A stretch of 61,352 nt of DNA, filler included. It is 4 parts of 4 records of this genome, joined end to end, with 100 filler letters (N's around TTAATTAATTAA, not from the genome) between each part and the next. Parts side by side here need not be neighbours in the genome. Positions count along the whole stretch, not along the records: positions 1 to 20,132 come from SRR31156797_12269; 3 more parts are not named here. The stretch is one strand, 5' to 3'. Under the pieces are notes generated by a model. It searched no databases, was not told the DNA's origin, and worked only from the letters and a program-made list of their open reading frames with translations. Below, one piece after another: positions 1 to 10,673 of this stretch (within the stretch, counting starts at the first letter, position 1; each line of letters starts with the position of its first letter). The position numbers and the translations under genes are program-made.

Positions 1-54
1 AAACCCTTTTGCAAAAGGGTTTAAGAATCCTAAAACTTTTTAATAGGCTTCGCG
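1..54 (+). repeat. Dispersed hairpin repeat, partial copy (5' part cut by window/contig start)
   Basis: Perfect 22-bp palindrome AAACCCTTTTG/CAAAAGGGTTT at 1-22, then AAGAATCCTAAAACTTTTTAATAGGCTTCGC. Aligns by eye with copies at 20055, 39791 and 46691. Confidence 0.85.
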
Positions 55-113
55 TCTGTTGTCTGGTTAAACCGTTGGATGATTATACGGCACTCTTCTC
101 TGGTTTTCGGAGA

Positions 114-138
114 ATCCCCGAAGGGCAGCCGAAGGCAA
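114..138 (-). repeat. Inverted partial copy of the same repeat (5' module)
   Basis: Reverse complement TTGCCTTCGGCTGCCCTTCGGGGAT matches TTGCCTTCGGCGGCCCTGCCGGGGA (20055) and TTGCCTTCGGCGACCCTCCGGGGG (39791). Confidence 0.75.
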
Positions 139-162
139 TCTTCCATGTTTTTTAAAACAAGT

Positions 163-1044
163 CTAGTTGCGGTTAGTCAGCCAAACTCCGAAGATGGTCA
201 ATGCACCTCCGGTTACGAGAAAAAGATCCACGGGTTCACCCAGTATGATAGCACCGAGAGCTACAGCCGTGATCGGTACCAGATTGATGAAAATCCCGGT
301 TTTGGACGGTCCGATTTCCTGCATTGCTTCGAAATACCAGCTGAATCCGAGGCTTGTTCCGAGCAGGGCCAGATAGATTATGCAGCTGTAATCCACAAAA
401 GATGCATTGATCATTTCAGACAGTAGCCCGTGATATAGGGCTGGGCCTAATAGCATAGCTGTTCCGAACAGGCAGCACCAGTAGACCATTTCAATGGGAT
501 GGATCTTTTTCATTACCGGTTTTCCGGCCAGAGAGTAAGCCGCCCAACTGATTACGCAGCCTATTATGCATAAATCTCCGTAACTCGTCCCCTCTGTAAG
601 TATAGATATGGGGTTGCCGTGTCCGATAATGGTGCTGACCCCGGTCAGGGCCAGAATGAATCCGGCAATCTTCCAAAGCGTAAATTTTTCCTTGAAAATT
701 AGTGCTGAACCAAGGGCGATAAACGTAGGAGTGGCGGCAATTATGAGTGCTGCCCTGCCAGCGGTAACGGTCTGCAATCCACTGAAAAACAGAATATTGT
801 ACAGGAAAACTCCGGTCAGCCCGAGGAATGCCAGCGGTAATATATCTGCTTTGGTGCAGCTGGGCTTTTTGCCTGTGGCGCGGCAGGTTAGGAAAAACAT
901 GAAGATGCTCGCAAAGAAAAAGCGCAGGAATGCTGCAGAGTAGGGGGTCAGGTCGCCAGCAAGGATTCTTCCGGCAATCCAGGTTCCGCCCCAAAAAACA
1001 ACAGAGCCGATAAGTTTAAAGTAGAGCAGTGCGGGTGATGACAT
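163..1044 (-). CDS. DMT/EamA family transporter
   Basis: 293 aa, about 10 hydrophobic segments, two EamA-like halves (FWGGTW...AAFLRF; GVFLYNILFFSGL; NLVPITAVALGAIILGE). Confidence 0.93.
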   Translation of the reverse strand: MSSPALLYFKLIGSVVFWGGTWIAGRILAGDLTPYSAAFLRFFFASIFMFFLTCRATGKKPSCTKADILPLAFLGLTGVFLYNILFFSGLQTVTAGRAALIIAATPTFIALGSALIFKEKFTLWKIAGFILALTGVSTIIGHGNPISILTEGTSYGDLCIIGCVISWAAYSLAGKPVMKKIHPIEMVYWCCLFGTAMLLGPALYHGLLSEMINASFVDYSCIIYLALLGTSLGFSWYFEAMQEIGPSKTGIFINLVPITAVALGAIILGEPVDLFLVTGGALTIFGVWLTNRN

Positions 1045-1090
1045 GATGTTTCCTGTTGTGGCAGCGGATTGATGGAAATGTGGACGGGAA

Positions 1091-1120
1091 ATTATTACGA
1101 TTAATGGAATACACCGTCAA
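1091..1120 (-). promoter_or_regulatory. Putative sigma70 promoter of the EamA gene
   Basis: Minus strand TTGACG-N18-AATAAT, about 45 nt upstream of the ATG. Confidence 0.45.
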
Positions 1121-1136
1121 TTCATGAATGGAATTT

Positions 1137-1690
1137 AGAACAATGTTCTTTGTGTAGATGAGCGGAAGTTTTTCTTATATTGCGGATTCTGGTTTTTCAG
1201 TGCTTTCTCATTGGTGTTTGCTGTGAAAAATTAGTGCATAATTTTGGATTCCGAAGAATGTTCGGGGAGCTTGCTTTGTTCTGCTTTATTACATAATATA
1301 CGAACTTAATTCGTCAAGTTACATTTGGCCTTAAAATACTCCTGATTCTTGTATAACCGTTTTCTGTTCTTCCGAAATCATACTTTTGTACTAATTGTTT
1401 TTTCAGCTTTGCAGCAATGATTCGTGTTGCTCATTATATATTGTTATGGCTGTTTCCTACAAAAATGTATGTTGCTTGATGGATGTCTACGTTCTTGATT
1501 GATCAATTAATCAGTGGGCAAATGATGTATGATGCATGTTTTGATGTGCAGTAGTCGAAAATTCAGGTATAAAAACTAATATGCAGAAAATGATTCGGTT
1601 AGATTGCTGTTTTGCTTAACTTTTGATGTTTTGGTGCGCGTTGTAAGGTTATTTTTTCTTGACAAAACCTTTAAAATTGAATTTTATTCT
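1137..1690. promoter_or_regulatory. Five Lrp/AsnC-type 13-bp operator-like palindromes
   Basis: AGAACAATGTTCT 1137-1149, CGAAGAATGTTCG 1252-1264, CGAACTTAATTCG 1301-1313, AGAAAATGATTCG 1585-1597, TGAATTTTATTCT 1678-1690. They resemble the E. coli Lrp consensus AGAATTTTATTCT and lie next to an Lrp-family gene. Confidence 0.55.
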
Positions 1691-1699
1691 AAAAGACAA

Positions 1700-2179
1700 A
1701 TGAATAAGAGAAAGATTGACGAAACTGACCGTAGAATTCTGACAATACTTCAGAATAGTGGCCGAGTCTCCAATGCTGACATCGCAAGAAAGGTCGGCAT
1801 GGCTCCTTCAGCAGTACTTGAGCGTGTCCGTAAATTGGAACGTAAAGGTGTGCTTACCGGATATGAGGCTATTGTTGACCCCAAGGCCGTTGGGCGCTCC
1901 CTTACTGCCTTTATCTTTGTGAATGTAAATGAAGGCGTGGGCGCTACCTCCACTGGTGAGGAACTTACCCGTGTTCCGGGTGTGCTGGAAGTGCATTATT
2001 GCGCAGGTCGGGACAGCTACCTCATCAAGGTTCGTTGTGAAGATACCGACGGACTGGCTATTATGCTGGGGCAGATCGGAAGGATCGAAACCGTCAGGGA
2101 CACCAATTCAACCATTGTATTAAACACCATCAAGGAGTCTCGGGCAATTCCTCTGGAAGAGGAAGATTACGAATCATAG
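1700..2179 (+). CDS. Lrp/AsnC family regulator, probable PutR-like regulator of putA
   Basis: IDETDRRILTILQ..SNADIARKVGMAPSAVLERVRKLE HTH plus C-terminal RAM domain. Start moved to ATG 1700. Directly upstream of putA. Confidence 0.92.
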   Translation: MNKRKIDETDRRILTILQNSGRVSNADIARKVGMAPSAVLERVRKLERKGVLTGYEAIVDPKAVGRSLTAFIFVNVNEGVGATSTGEELTRVPGVLEVHYCAGRDSYLIKVRCEDTDGLAIMLGQIGRIETVRDTNSTIVLNTIKESRAIPLEEEDYES

Positions 2180-2319
2180 CAGACTGTGAAATATCCCGTG
2201 TGCAGGCTCGGCAGTGTGAGCCTGTTACTTCCTGTTTATTCAGGTTCGGAGTGATTTTTGATCGGTCTGCAAAATTTATGATTTTGAAGAACTATTAAAA
2301 ATCTCAAGGAGAGTCAGGT

Positions 2320-5300
2320 ATGAACGCAGAAGTCTCCACTCTGGACAACAAAGTAATAGAACGCGGGAAACAGTTTTTTGATTCCATATCCGGTGAAGCG
2401 CCTTCAGTCTTTAATAAAGGCTGGTGGACAGGTAAGGTTATGGACTGGTCCATGAAAAACGAAGATTTCAAGGTCCAGATGTTTCGCTTTGTTGACGTCC
2501 TGCCATACCTGAATACTTCCGAGTCCCTTTCAAGGCATATTGAAGAGTATTTTGCCGGTGAAGACAGCAATATCCCCGATGTCCTCAAATGGGGTGCAAC
2601 CAAGACCGGTTTTGGTGGCGGACTTGTGGCCAAGGTGCTGAACAAGACCATCCGGTCTAATATTGAGGGGATGGCCCGTCAGTTTATTATCGGCCAGAAA
2701 TCCAAGGAAGCTGTTAAAGGTATCCGCAAGCTGCGTAAGGACGGATTCGCATTCGTACTTGATCTGCTCGGTGAAGCAACCGTTTCCCACGAAGAAGCCG
2801 CAGCTTACCGTGATGGTTATCTGGAAGTCCTTGATGCCATTGAAAAAGAATACAAGAAATGGGATGCCCTTGATGCTTCCGGAGATCTTGACTGGGGACA
2901 TGCTCCCAAGATTAACGTTGCTGTTAAGCCTTCCGCTTTTTATTCCCAGTCCAAGCCTGTAGATCTTGAAGGAACTGTGCAGGGCATGATGGATGCCATC
3001 GAGCCTGTGTACAAGAAGATCATGGACATGGGCGGCTTCATGTGTATCGATATGGAAGCCCTCAAGTACAAAGAGCCTACTGTTGAGATGTATAAACGGT
3101 TCAGGAAAAAATATCCTGACTACCCGCATCTCGGAATTGTTTTTCAGGCCTACCTGCGCAGTGTGGATGATGATGTTTCCGGTTTGCTCGACTGGTCACG
3201 CGAAGAAAAACTGCCCATCTCTATACGTCTGGTAAAGGGTGCCTATTGGGATTACGAAACCGTACTTGCCAAGCAGAATGACTGGCCCGTCCCCGTATGG
3301 ACTCATAAACCTGAATCAGACATGGCCTTTGAGCGTGTTTCCAAGATGATTCTTGAGAATCACGATATCTGCCATTATGCCTGCGCATCTCATAACATCC
3401 GTTCCATTTCCTCAGTAATGGAAGTCGCTAATGAATTGAATGTTCCTGAAGAAAGATACGAATTTCAGGTTCTTTACGGAATGGCTGAGCCTGTGCGTAA
3501 GGGGTTGAGGAATGTTGCAAAGCGCGTTCGCCTTTATTGCCCCTACGGTGATCTTATTCCCGGTATGGCTTACCTTGTTCGCCGTCTGCTGGAAAACACC
3601 GCCAACGAATCTTTCCTTAAGCAGACCTTTGCAGATGAAGCTGACGTAAGCCGTCTGCTTGAGAATCCTGAACTTACCCTTGAGCGGGAACTTGCCGCTA
3701 AGCCCAAAAACAACCCGGGCAACAAAACCCCTGAAGGTGAGTTGCCGAGGTTTAACAACTATCCGCCTGCGGATTTCACTGTTAAAGAAGAGCGTGACGG
3801 TTTCCCGGCATCCATGGCGAAAATTCGTCAGGACTTCGGCAAGCGTTATCCGCTTTACATCGGTGGACAGGACATTGTTACCGATGACACCCTCGATTCC
3901 TATAACCCGGCTGACACTTCCGAGATTATCGGCTCTGTTTGTCAGGCCGGAACAGCGGAAGTCGATAAGGCTGTAGCTACTGCCAAACAGGCTTATCTTG
4001 ATTGGCGAGATGTAGAGCCGAAAGAACGCGCCCAGTACTTGCTTAAGGCTTCTCAGTATCTCAAAGACAATATGTATGAGCTTTGCGCAATGCAGGTCCT
4101 TGAAGTAGGCAAACAGTGGGATCAGGCTCAGGGGGATGTTGCCGAGGCCATCGACTTCCTCGAATATTATGCTCGCGAAATGATCCGCCTCGGCAATCCC
4201 AGACGTATGGGTAACGCTCCGGGTGAATATTCTCAGTATTTTTATCAGGGCAAAGGTGTTGCCGCAGTTATCGCACCATGGAACTTCCCGCTGGCTATCA
4301 GTGTGGGGATGGTTTCCGCAGCTATTGTTTCCGGTTGCCCGGTTGTTTACAAACCTGCCGGAATTGCTTCCGCAGTTGGTTATGGCATCGTGGAAATGTT
4401 TAAGGCCGCAGGACTGCCGGATGGCGTTTTCAACTATTGCCCTGGTCGCGGTTCGGTAATGGGTGACCATCTGGTTGACCATCCCGATGTCTCAGTCATC
4501 GCTTTCACCGGATCAATGGAAGTCGGCCTGCGCATTCAGGAGCGTGCTGCCAAGGTTCATTCCGGTCAGGAACAGTGCAAAAAAGTTATCGCTGAAATGG
4601 GTGGTAAGAACGGTATCATCATTGATGATGATGCTGATCTTGATGAAGCCGTACTCGGTGTGCTTTATGCGGCTTTCGGTTTTCAGGGGCAGAAATGCTC
4701 GGCTTGTTCCCGCGTTATTGTTCTTGATTCCATCTATGACCGTTTTATCCACCGCCTCAAGGAAGCTGCAGCATCCATCAAGCTTGGACCCGCTGAAGAT
4801 CCAACTAATTACATGGGGCCGGTTGTCGATAAGGCAGCTCAGAAAAACGTGCTCGAGTACTGCAAAATTGCCGAAGAAGAAGGTAGTGTGGTTATTAAGC
4901 ATGAAGCTCCCGCCGAATACCGTGATAAGGGCTGTTATGCTCCGCTGCTGGTTGTGGACGGCATCACTAAGGAAGACCGTATTGCTCAGGAAGAAGTCTT
5001 TGGACCTGTCCTTTCCATCATGCGGGCCAAGGATTTTGACGAAGCTCTCGACATCGCCAATTCTACCAGATTTGCGCTCACCGGTGCGGTTTACTCCAGA
5101 AGTCCCAAACATCTTGAAAAGGCTTCCCGTGAATTCCGGGTTGGTAATCTCTACTTGAACAAACCCAGCGTTGGTGCTTTGGTTGAACGCCACGCATTTG
5201 GCGGATTCAAGATGTCCGGTGTTGGCTCCAAGGCCGGCGGTCCCGATTACCTGCTCCAGTTCATGGACCCGCGCCTTGTTTGCGAAAACACCATGCGTCG

Positions 5301-5343
5301 CGGTTTTGCGCCTATCTCCGAGGATGATGACTGGGTGGCATAG
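2320..5343 (+). CDS. putA: Bifunctional proline dehydrogenase / P5C dehydrogenase (short ~1000-aa PutA)
   Basis: DLLGEA, RLVKGAYWD, SHNIRS, YEFQVLYGM, YLVRRLLEN (PRODH); AEMGGKN, GQKCSACS, EEVFGP, GGPDYL (P5CDH). SD AAGGAG upstream. Confidence 0.97.
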   Translation: MNAEVSTLDNKVIERGKQFFDSISGEAPSVFNKGWWTGKVMDWSMKNEDFKVQMFRFVDVLPYLNTSESLSRHIEEYFAGEDSNIPDVLKWGATKTGFGGGLVAKVLNKTIRSNIEGMARQFIIGQKSKEAVKGIRKLRKDGFAFVLDLLGEATVSHEEAAAYRDGYLEVLDAIEKEYKKWDALDASGDLDWGHAPKINVAVKPSAFYSQSKPVDLEGTVQGMMDAIEPVYKKIMDMGGFMCIDMEALKYKEPTVEMYKRFRKKYPDYPHLGIVFQAYLRSVDDDVSGLLDWSREEKLPISIRLVKGAYWDYETVLAKQNDWPVPVWTHKPESDMAFERVSKMILENHDICHYACASHNIRSISSVMEVANELNVPEERYEFQVLYGMAEPVRKGLRNVAKRVRLYCPYGDLIPGMAYLVRRLLENTANESFLKQTFADEADVSRLLENPELTLERELAAKPKNNPGNKTPEGELPRFNNYPPADFTVKEERDGFPASMAKIRQDFGKRYPLYIGGQDIVTDDTLDSYNPADTSEIIGSVCQAGTAEVDKAVATAKQAYLDWRDVEPKERAQYLLKASQYLKDNMYELCAMQVLEVGKQWDQAQGDVAEAIDFLEYYAREMIRLGNPRRMGNAPGEYSQYFYQGKGVAAVIAPWNFPLAISVGMVSAAIVSGCPVVYKPAGIASAVGYGIVEMFKAAGLPDGVFNYCPGRGSVMGDHLVDHPDVSVIAFTGSMEVGLRIQERAAKVHSGQEQCKKVIAEMGGKNGIIIDDDADLDEAVLGVLYAAFGFQGQKCSACSRVIVLDSIYDRFIHRLKEAAASIKLGPAEDPTNYMGPVVDKAAQKNVLEYCKIAEEEGSVVIKHEAPAEYRDKGCYAPLLVVDGITKEDRIAQEEVFGPVLSIMRAKDFDEALDIANSTRFALTGAVYSRSPKHLEKASREFRVGNLYLNKPSVGALVERHAFGGFKMSGVGSKAGGPDYLLQFMDPRLVCENTMRRGFAPISEDDDWVA

Positions 5344-5365
5344 TTCTAATTGAAGAATAGAAAAT

Positions 5366-5411
5366 AAACGGGCCGTCATATCTATTCCGATATGGCGGCC
5401 CATTTGTTTTT
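5366..5411. terminator. Intrinsic terminator between convergent putA and MCP
   Basis: GGGCCGTCATATC-N6-GATATGGCGGCCC stem with A-rich and T-rich flanks. Confidence 0.8.
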
Positions 5412-5429
5412 ATCTGTAGTAGTTAAAGG

Positions 5430-7397
5430 TTAGCGATTGTCCTTAGCTTCATGCATCTTCTTAATCAGTGCCTGAAGTTCAGATGCGAGCTGGCTGACAT
5501 TGTCTGCAGCATCTGCGGACTGGGCTACATTATCTGATATCTCAGCAGAAATGGTGTTTATTTCCATGGTGGATGAATTGATCTGTTCGGCTGCAGCTGA
5601 TTGCTCTTCAGTTGCGGTGGCGATCGATTCAACCTGATTTGCTGATTCGTTAACGATTTCAACAATGGTTTTCAGTGAATTCCCGGCATCTTCTGCTAAT
5701 TCAGCGCATTTTGTAACCGCTTCTTCGGTTGTTTGCATGATTTCCAGACTGGTTGAGGTGCCGTTCTGAATTGCTGAAATGGCATTGCCTACTTCCTGTG
5801 TGGCGGTCATGGTCTTTTCCGCAAGTTTGCGGACTTCATCCGCTACAACTGCGAACCCGCGGCCTGCTTCTCCTGCCCGCGCTGCTTCAATAGCGGCATT
5901 CAGGGCCAGAAGGTTGGTTTGATCGGCAATATCGGAAATGACATTCATGATCTGTCCGATAGATTCGGCTTGCTGGTCCTGTTTGGCAAGGGCGGTTTTT
6001 AGTTCTCCAGCATTTTCCTGAACCTGATTGGTCGCCCCGACTACCTGTTCAACAATTGAGAACCCTTCGTGTGCTTTTCCGGCGGCATCCCGGGTGCCTT
6101 CAGATGCATTGGAAGAATTGCTGGCTACCTCAAGGATGGTTGCACTCATTTGGTCAACTGCTGTGGCGGTTTCTTGAACCCGGTTTTTTTGATTGTCGGC
6201 ACCGTGCATGATTTCTGAGGACTGGCGTGCAAGTTGTTCTGCTGCTGAATTCAGACTTAAGGTGATATCTCCGGCATCATCAGCAATGGCGGAAAGAGTT
6301 TTCAGCAGTGAGGTTGCATATTCTTTTTCAGAGTGCGCATCCTCCATCGCTTGATGTGCTTTTTGGGCTTGGTTGTCTGCTTCGATTGATTTTTCTTCAG
6401 CTTCGTCCATGCTTTTCTTCAATTGGACGACCATCTCAGCAATGGTCACGCGCAGGGCTTCAAGTTCGCCATGAAAGCGGATTCGGTTACAGGATTCATA
6501 GTCTCCGTCACTAACCTCCTGGGCGCATGTCTGTAATGCCGAGAGTGGGCCGAGAATAGACCGGATAATGAGGACTATTGAAGTGATGAGTAATATAGCA
6601 GCAATCACTTCTGCAGCAACTGTAGAGTTGTTGATAAGTGTTTGTTGCTGGCGTAGATGCTCTTCTGATTTTTTGGCGAGCTCTTCAAGGAGCGGCTCCA
6701 TTTTATGGATTACAGCCCTGAAGTTGTCTTGCTCAGATTTTATTCGAAGAGTCATCTGTGCATATTTGTCCATGCCTTCGCTGTATATCTTTAATTTTTC
6801 AAGTACGTATTGCTTTCGTTCTGGAGTAAAGTAGGATTGCTCAATGTTTGAAACTAGCACGTCCATGTTGTTGTTGAATTTGACCAAATATTTGGGATCA
6901 ATTCTCATCATGAAATCTTTTTCGTTTCTGCGCAGTCTGAGAATTCCAGCTTCATAAAGTTTGTCACTACCCATGATTGATTCTTCCGCATCGCGTACTG
7001 CTTTGCGTAATTCCCCGAGTAAGCCGGAGTCCTTGGTGAGGCCGAGTTTTATAAAATCATTGGCAACGACCATGAATTGTTTTTCATAATTGGAAGCATA
7101 CGATTTACCTTGCTCTGCAAGGTCTTTAAAAGGACCATGCGCCAGTTCACTAAGGTATACTTGCATTTTGTCGGTTCTTTCACTTAGCTTATCTATATAT
7201 TTTGAATCCTTGCGCAGGAGAAAGTCTTTTTCTGCCCGTCTGGCCTGCAACATTTCAATTTCAAGCTGAAAGGAATGCTGCTCCATGAGCAGGCTCTCTT
7301 CAATTAGCCGTGAGCCGAAGAAATTGATGGCAAAAACAGCCATAAGCCCAGCAATGGCTAGTGCTCCGATGGACCAGAGTTTCATTTTTATAGTCAT
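5430..7397 (-). CDS. Methyl-accepting chemotaxis protein
   Basis: Two TM segments, periplasmic helical sensor with RRxEKDF repeats, [42 protein letters not shown]. Confidence 0.96.
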   Translation of the reverse strand: MTIKMKLWSIGALAIAGLMAVFAINFFGSRLIEESLLMEQHSFQLEIEMLQARRAEKDFLLRKDSKYIDKLSERTDKMQVYLSELAHGPFKDLAEQGKSYASNYEKQFMVVANDFIKLGLTKDSGLLGELRKAVRDAEESIMGSDKLYEAGILRLRRNEKDFMMRIDPKYLVKFNNNMDVLVSNIEQSYFTPERKQYVLEKLKIYSEGMDKYAQMTLRIKSEQDNFRAVIHKMEPLLEELAKKSEEHLRQQQTLINNSTVAAEVIAAILLITSIVLIIRSILGPLSALQTCAQEVSDGDYESCNRIRFHGELEALRVTIAEMVVQLKKSMDEAEEKSIEADNQAQKAHQAMEDAHSEKEYATSLLKTLSAIADDAGDITLSLNSAAEQLARQSSEIMHGADNQKNRVQETATAVDQMSATILEVASNSSNASEGTRDAAGKAHEGFSIVEQVVGATNQVQENAGELKTALAKQDQQAESIGQIMNVISDIADQTNLLALNAAIEAARAGEAGRGFAVVADEVRKLAEKTMTATQEVGNAISAIQNGTSTSLEIMQTTEEAVTKCAELAEDAGNSLKTIVEIVNESANQVESIATATEEQSAAAEQINSSTMEINTISAEISDNVAQSADAADNVSQLASELQALIKKMHEAKDNR

Positions 7398-7604
7398 TGA
7401 TTTGCCTCCAGATAGCGTATTTATTATGGTCGTTGATGATCTGTACGGTTATTATCAATTAATAATATACCACTGCAGAGCTGTAATGGATACAGATGGA
7501 AATAGAAAATATGGCAGCATTGACATACTGCATACTTCCCGCTTCCCTTTCGGGTTACCACCTGCTAAAAAGCATGATATATAATTGAAAAAGAGTGTAT
7601 TATT

Positions 7605-8720
7605 ATGACTTCAGGTCCTGTTGTATTTAAAAAATCAAGCTCGGTTATGACCGTGTCCGGTCATTTGGATGCCGAAGGGGCCGGGAAGGTCTGGGAGCAG
7701 GCCCGCGCTGCTGTGGCGGCGGGGTGTTCTATAGTGGAATGTTCCGGGCTTGAATATCTTGATGGCGGCGGGGCTTCATTATTTATGATGATGAAGGCCG
7801 GATGTCGTGACAGGGGCAAAGCTCTTGTTATTAAAGGTCTACGTCCTGAATTTGCATCTTTTCTTGATTTATTTGACCTTGAGAAAGCAGCCCCTCCGCA
7901 GGAGCAGGAAAAAGGCAAAGGCGGCATACGGGGTTGGATTACATCTATTGGATTGTCCGGTCAGGCTGTAGCCGCAGATATGCGCGAGCAGATTGAATTT
8001 ACCGGAAATTGTGTCCTTGCTTCACTTTCTACTGCTACCTTCAAACACAGATTGCGCTGGCCTGATTTTTGGTTGACTTGTGAAAAAGTAGGGGCTGATG
8101 GACTTCCTATCATCCTGTTGATCGGGTTTCTGATGGGCTTGATCATGTCCTTTCAGTCAGCAGTATCCTTGATGCGTTTCGGGGCTGAAATCTTTGTACC
8201 CAATATGCTCGGGTTGGTCATGTTTCGCGAGCTGGGTCCCATGGTTACCGCCATTCTGCTCGCTGGGCGGACCGGATCGGCCTTTGCTGCCGAAATCGGG
8301 ACCATGAAGGTCAACGAGGAGTTGGATGCCCTGAATACAATGGGGCTTAATCCGGTAAGTTTTCTGGTCCTGCCGAGGGTGCTGGCGACGGTCTGCATGA
8401 CTCCGCTGCTGACCCTCTTTTTCAACTTCATGAGTCTTGTGGGCGGGGCATTGGTTATGCTTTCTATGGGCTATCCCTTGGCCACCTATTGCGGGCGTGT
8501 TTTTCAAAATGTGCAGTGGATCGATTTTTCCGGTGGTATGATTAAGGCCGTGGTTTTCAGCTTTCTTGTGGCCGGGATCGGTTGCCAGCGCGGGCTGGTT
8601 ACAAAGTCCGGGGCCAGTGCGGTGGGTGATTCCACCACAAGCGCGGTGGTCAGCGGAATTATCCTTATTGCCGTGTTCGACGGACTTTTCGCAGTAATCT
8701 TTTTTCTTACAGGGATTTAA
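7605..8720 (+). CDS. mlaE: STAS-fused MlaE-family ABC permease (MCE system)
   Basis: N-terminal STAS-like region (LEYLDGGG); RELGPMVTAILLAGRTGSAFAAEIGTMKVNEELDAL signature. Confidence 0.92.
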   Translation: MTSGPVVFKKSSSVMTVSGHLDAEGAGKVWEQARAAVAAGCSIVECSGLEYLDGGGASLFMMMKAGCRDRGKALVIKGLRPEFASFLDLFDLEKAAPPQEQEKGKGGIRGWITSIGLSGQAVAADMREQIEFTGNCVLASLSTATFKHRLRWPDFWLTCEKVGADGLPIILLIGFLMGLIMSFQSAVSLMRFGAEIFVPNMLGLVMFRELGPMVTAILLAGRTGSAFAAEIGTMKVNEELDALNTMGLNPVSFLVLPRVLATVCMTPLLTLFFNFMSLVGGALVMLSMGYPLATYCGRVFQNVQWIDFSGGMIKAVVFSFLVAGIGCQRGLVTKSGASAVGDSTTSAVVSGIILIAVFDGLFAVIFFLTGI

Positions 8721-8721
8721 A

Positions 8722-9519
8722 TTGGTTCGCACAAATGAAGATATAATTAATGTGCAGAACCTTACCTGCGCTTACGGTGATGCGGTCATCATCGATGATA
8801 TTTCTTTTGATGTCCGGCAGGGGGAAATTTTCGTTATTCTCGGTGGGTCCGGCTGCGGAAAGAGTACTGTGCTTAAGCATATGATCGGACTTTATCCTCC
8901 TGCAGCCGGTGAAATTTTAATTGATGGGGATGACATCGGTTCTGCCTACGGTCAGCAGAGGCTGGATATATTGCAGCGTATCGGGGTTATGTATCAGATG
9001 GGAGCCTTGTTCGGTTCTATGACCCTGCTGGAAAATGTACGCTTGCCGTTGGAGGAGTTTACTTCCATGCCGCGTGAGGCCATGGATTATACTGCACGCA
9101 TGAAGCTTTCTCTGGTCGGGCTTGAATCTTCCGCCGACAAGATGCCCTCTGAGCTTTCGGGCGGAATGCTCAAGCGCGGGGCCATTGCAAGGGCTATGGC
9201 TCTCGACCCAAAAATCCTATTTCTTGATGAGCCTTCTGCCGGACTTGATCCTATTACCTCGGCTGAGCTTGATGAGTTGATTCGCAGCTTATCCCGCTCT
9301 CTGGGGGTGACATTTGTAATTGTAACCCATGAGTTACAATCAATTTTTTCCATTGCGGACCGGGTTATTATGCTCGACAAGGGCACCCGTGGAATTATTG
9401 CCGAGGGTGATCCCCGTTTACTCCGTGAGGAGTCGGAGCATCCGCAGGTGCGTAGATTTTTTCATCGTGAAGTTGAAGATAAGGCCATGGAACAGACTTT
9501 GGCTACGGAGAATATATGA
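8722..9519 (+). CDS. mlaF: MlaF-family ABC ATPase
   Basis: GGSGCGKST, ELSGGMLKR, LDEPSAGLDP; TTG start. Confidence 0.92.
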   Translation: MVRTNEDIINVQNLTCAYGDAVIIDDISFDVRQGEIFVILGGSGCGKSTVLKHMIGLYPPAAGEILIDGDDIGSAYGQQRLDILQRIGVMYQMGALFGSMTLLENVRLPLEEFTSMPREAMDYTARMKLSLVGLESSADKMPSELSGGMLKRGAIARAMALDPKILFLDEPSAGLDPITSAELDELIRSLSRSLGVTFVIVTHELQSIFSIADRVIMLDKGTRGIIAEGDPRLLREESEHPQVRRFFHREVEDKAMEQTLATENI

Positions 9520-10673
9520 GTCGGAAAACCAATCCTTTCAGGCTGGGACTTTTTATAATTATCGGCACCATACTCTTTGTTTCGGTGCTGGCGATACTTG
9601 GCGCAGGCAAGATTTTTGAGCACAGCGTTAAAATGGAAACCTATCTCAATGAATCCGTAAATGGTCTTGAGGTTGGTTCACCCATTAAATTCCGTGGTGT
9701 GAAAATCGGTACAGTCAGCCAGATTGGTTTTGTAACCGATCACTATGTGGATTTAAAGCAGAGTGCTCTGCGTTATGTTTATCTTCTTGGTGATCTCAAT
9801 CATAAAATGTTTAAAACCAAGGAGGGGCAAGAGCTTGTTCATGCCTTGAAGCGTGAAGTTGATCGTGGCTTACGCGCTCGTCCTGTTTCTCTCGGTCTGA
9901 CCGGGCAGCTTTTTCTTGAAATTGATTATGTTGATCCGGACAAAAACCCTCCTCTTGAAATTGCATGGAAGCCGAAGCATATATATGTGCCTTCTGCTCC
10001 GTCCATGATGAGTAAGGTGGAGAGTGCGGTAGCTTCCATCAGTGATACACTGGAGGATATCAACAAGGCTAATGTCGCCGAAGCAATTGAGGATGTGCGT
10101 TCCGTAGCTCAGAGTATGAGCACCTTTCTCAAGAATTCTGATACAGGTGAGATTAGCAAGCGGTTGACCGGAACCCTCACCGAGGCTGAAAAATTTATCG
10201 CCCGTGTGAATCAGCTGCTGGCTGATCCGGAAGTTGATAATCTTATGCCTGATGTGGCTGCCGCGGCCCGAAATATGCGGACGGTCATGGAAAGTTCTTC
10301 CGGGGATATTGTGGCCGCCATGAAGGATATCCGTAAAGCTTCCGAAAGTGCGAAAAATGTGACCGGAGGCATGGAAGAATATCTTTCAGGTCCCCAAGGC
10401 AAGCAGACTCTAGCTAATCTTTCCACTACTCTTAATAACATTAGTGAAGCATCTAATAAGATTAAGGGAGCCGCTACGCGATTTGAATCAACTCTTTCAA
10501 GGGTGAATATGACTGTGGCCGGACAGCAGGGTAATATTGAAGCTATTTTGGATAATGTACGCAGGTTGATGGAAAATCTTCGTGAACTGAGTAATGAGGC
10601 CAGACAATATCCTTCCGGTGTCCTTTTCGGTGATCCGCCGAAAAAGGCTCCGCTTAAGCAGGGGAGTGAGTAA
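9516..10673 (+). CDS. mlaD: MlaD/MCE domain protein with long helical extension
   Basis: N-terminal TM, SVNGLEVGSPIKFRGVKIGTV, C-terminal coiled region ending YPSGVLFG. Confidence 0.9.
   Translation: MSRKTNPFRLGLFIIIGTILFVSVLAILGAGKIFEHSVKMETYLNESVNGLEVGSPIKFRGVKIGTVSQIGFVTDHYVDLKQSALRYVYLLGDLNHKMFKTKEGQELVHALKREVDRGLRARPVSLGLTGQLFLEIDYVDPDKNPPLEIAWKPKHIYVPSAPSMMSKVESAVASISDTLEDINKANVAEAIEDVRSVAQSMSTFLKNSDTGEISKRLTGTLTEAEKFIARVNQLLADPEVDNLMPDVAAAARNMRTVMESSSGDIVAAMKDIRKASESAKNVTGGMEEYLSGPQGKQTLANLSTTLNNISEASNKIKGAATRFESTLSRVNMTVAGQQGNIEAILDNVRRLMENLRELSNEARQYPSGVLFGDPPKKAPLKQGSE

Noticed and set aside
3412-5403. Long antisense ORFs (356 and 296 aa) opposite putA; similar shadows at 18131-19078, 20962-21864, 30308-31234, 31973-32746, 34429-35247 and 55527-56324
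   Set aside because: They overlap well-conserved genes on the other strand and have no recognisable motifs; expected from codon bias.
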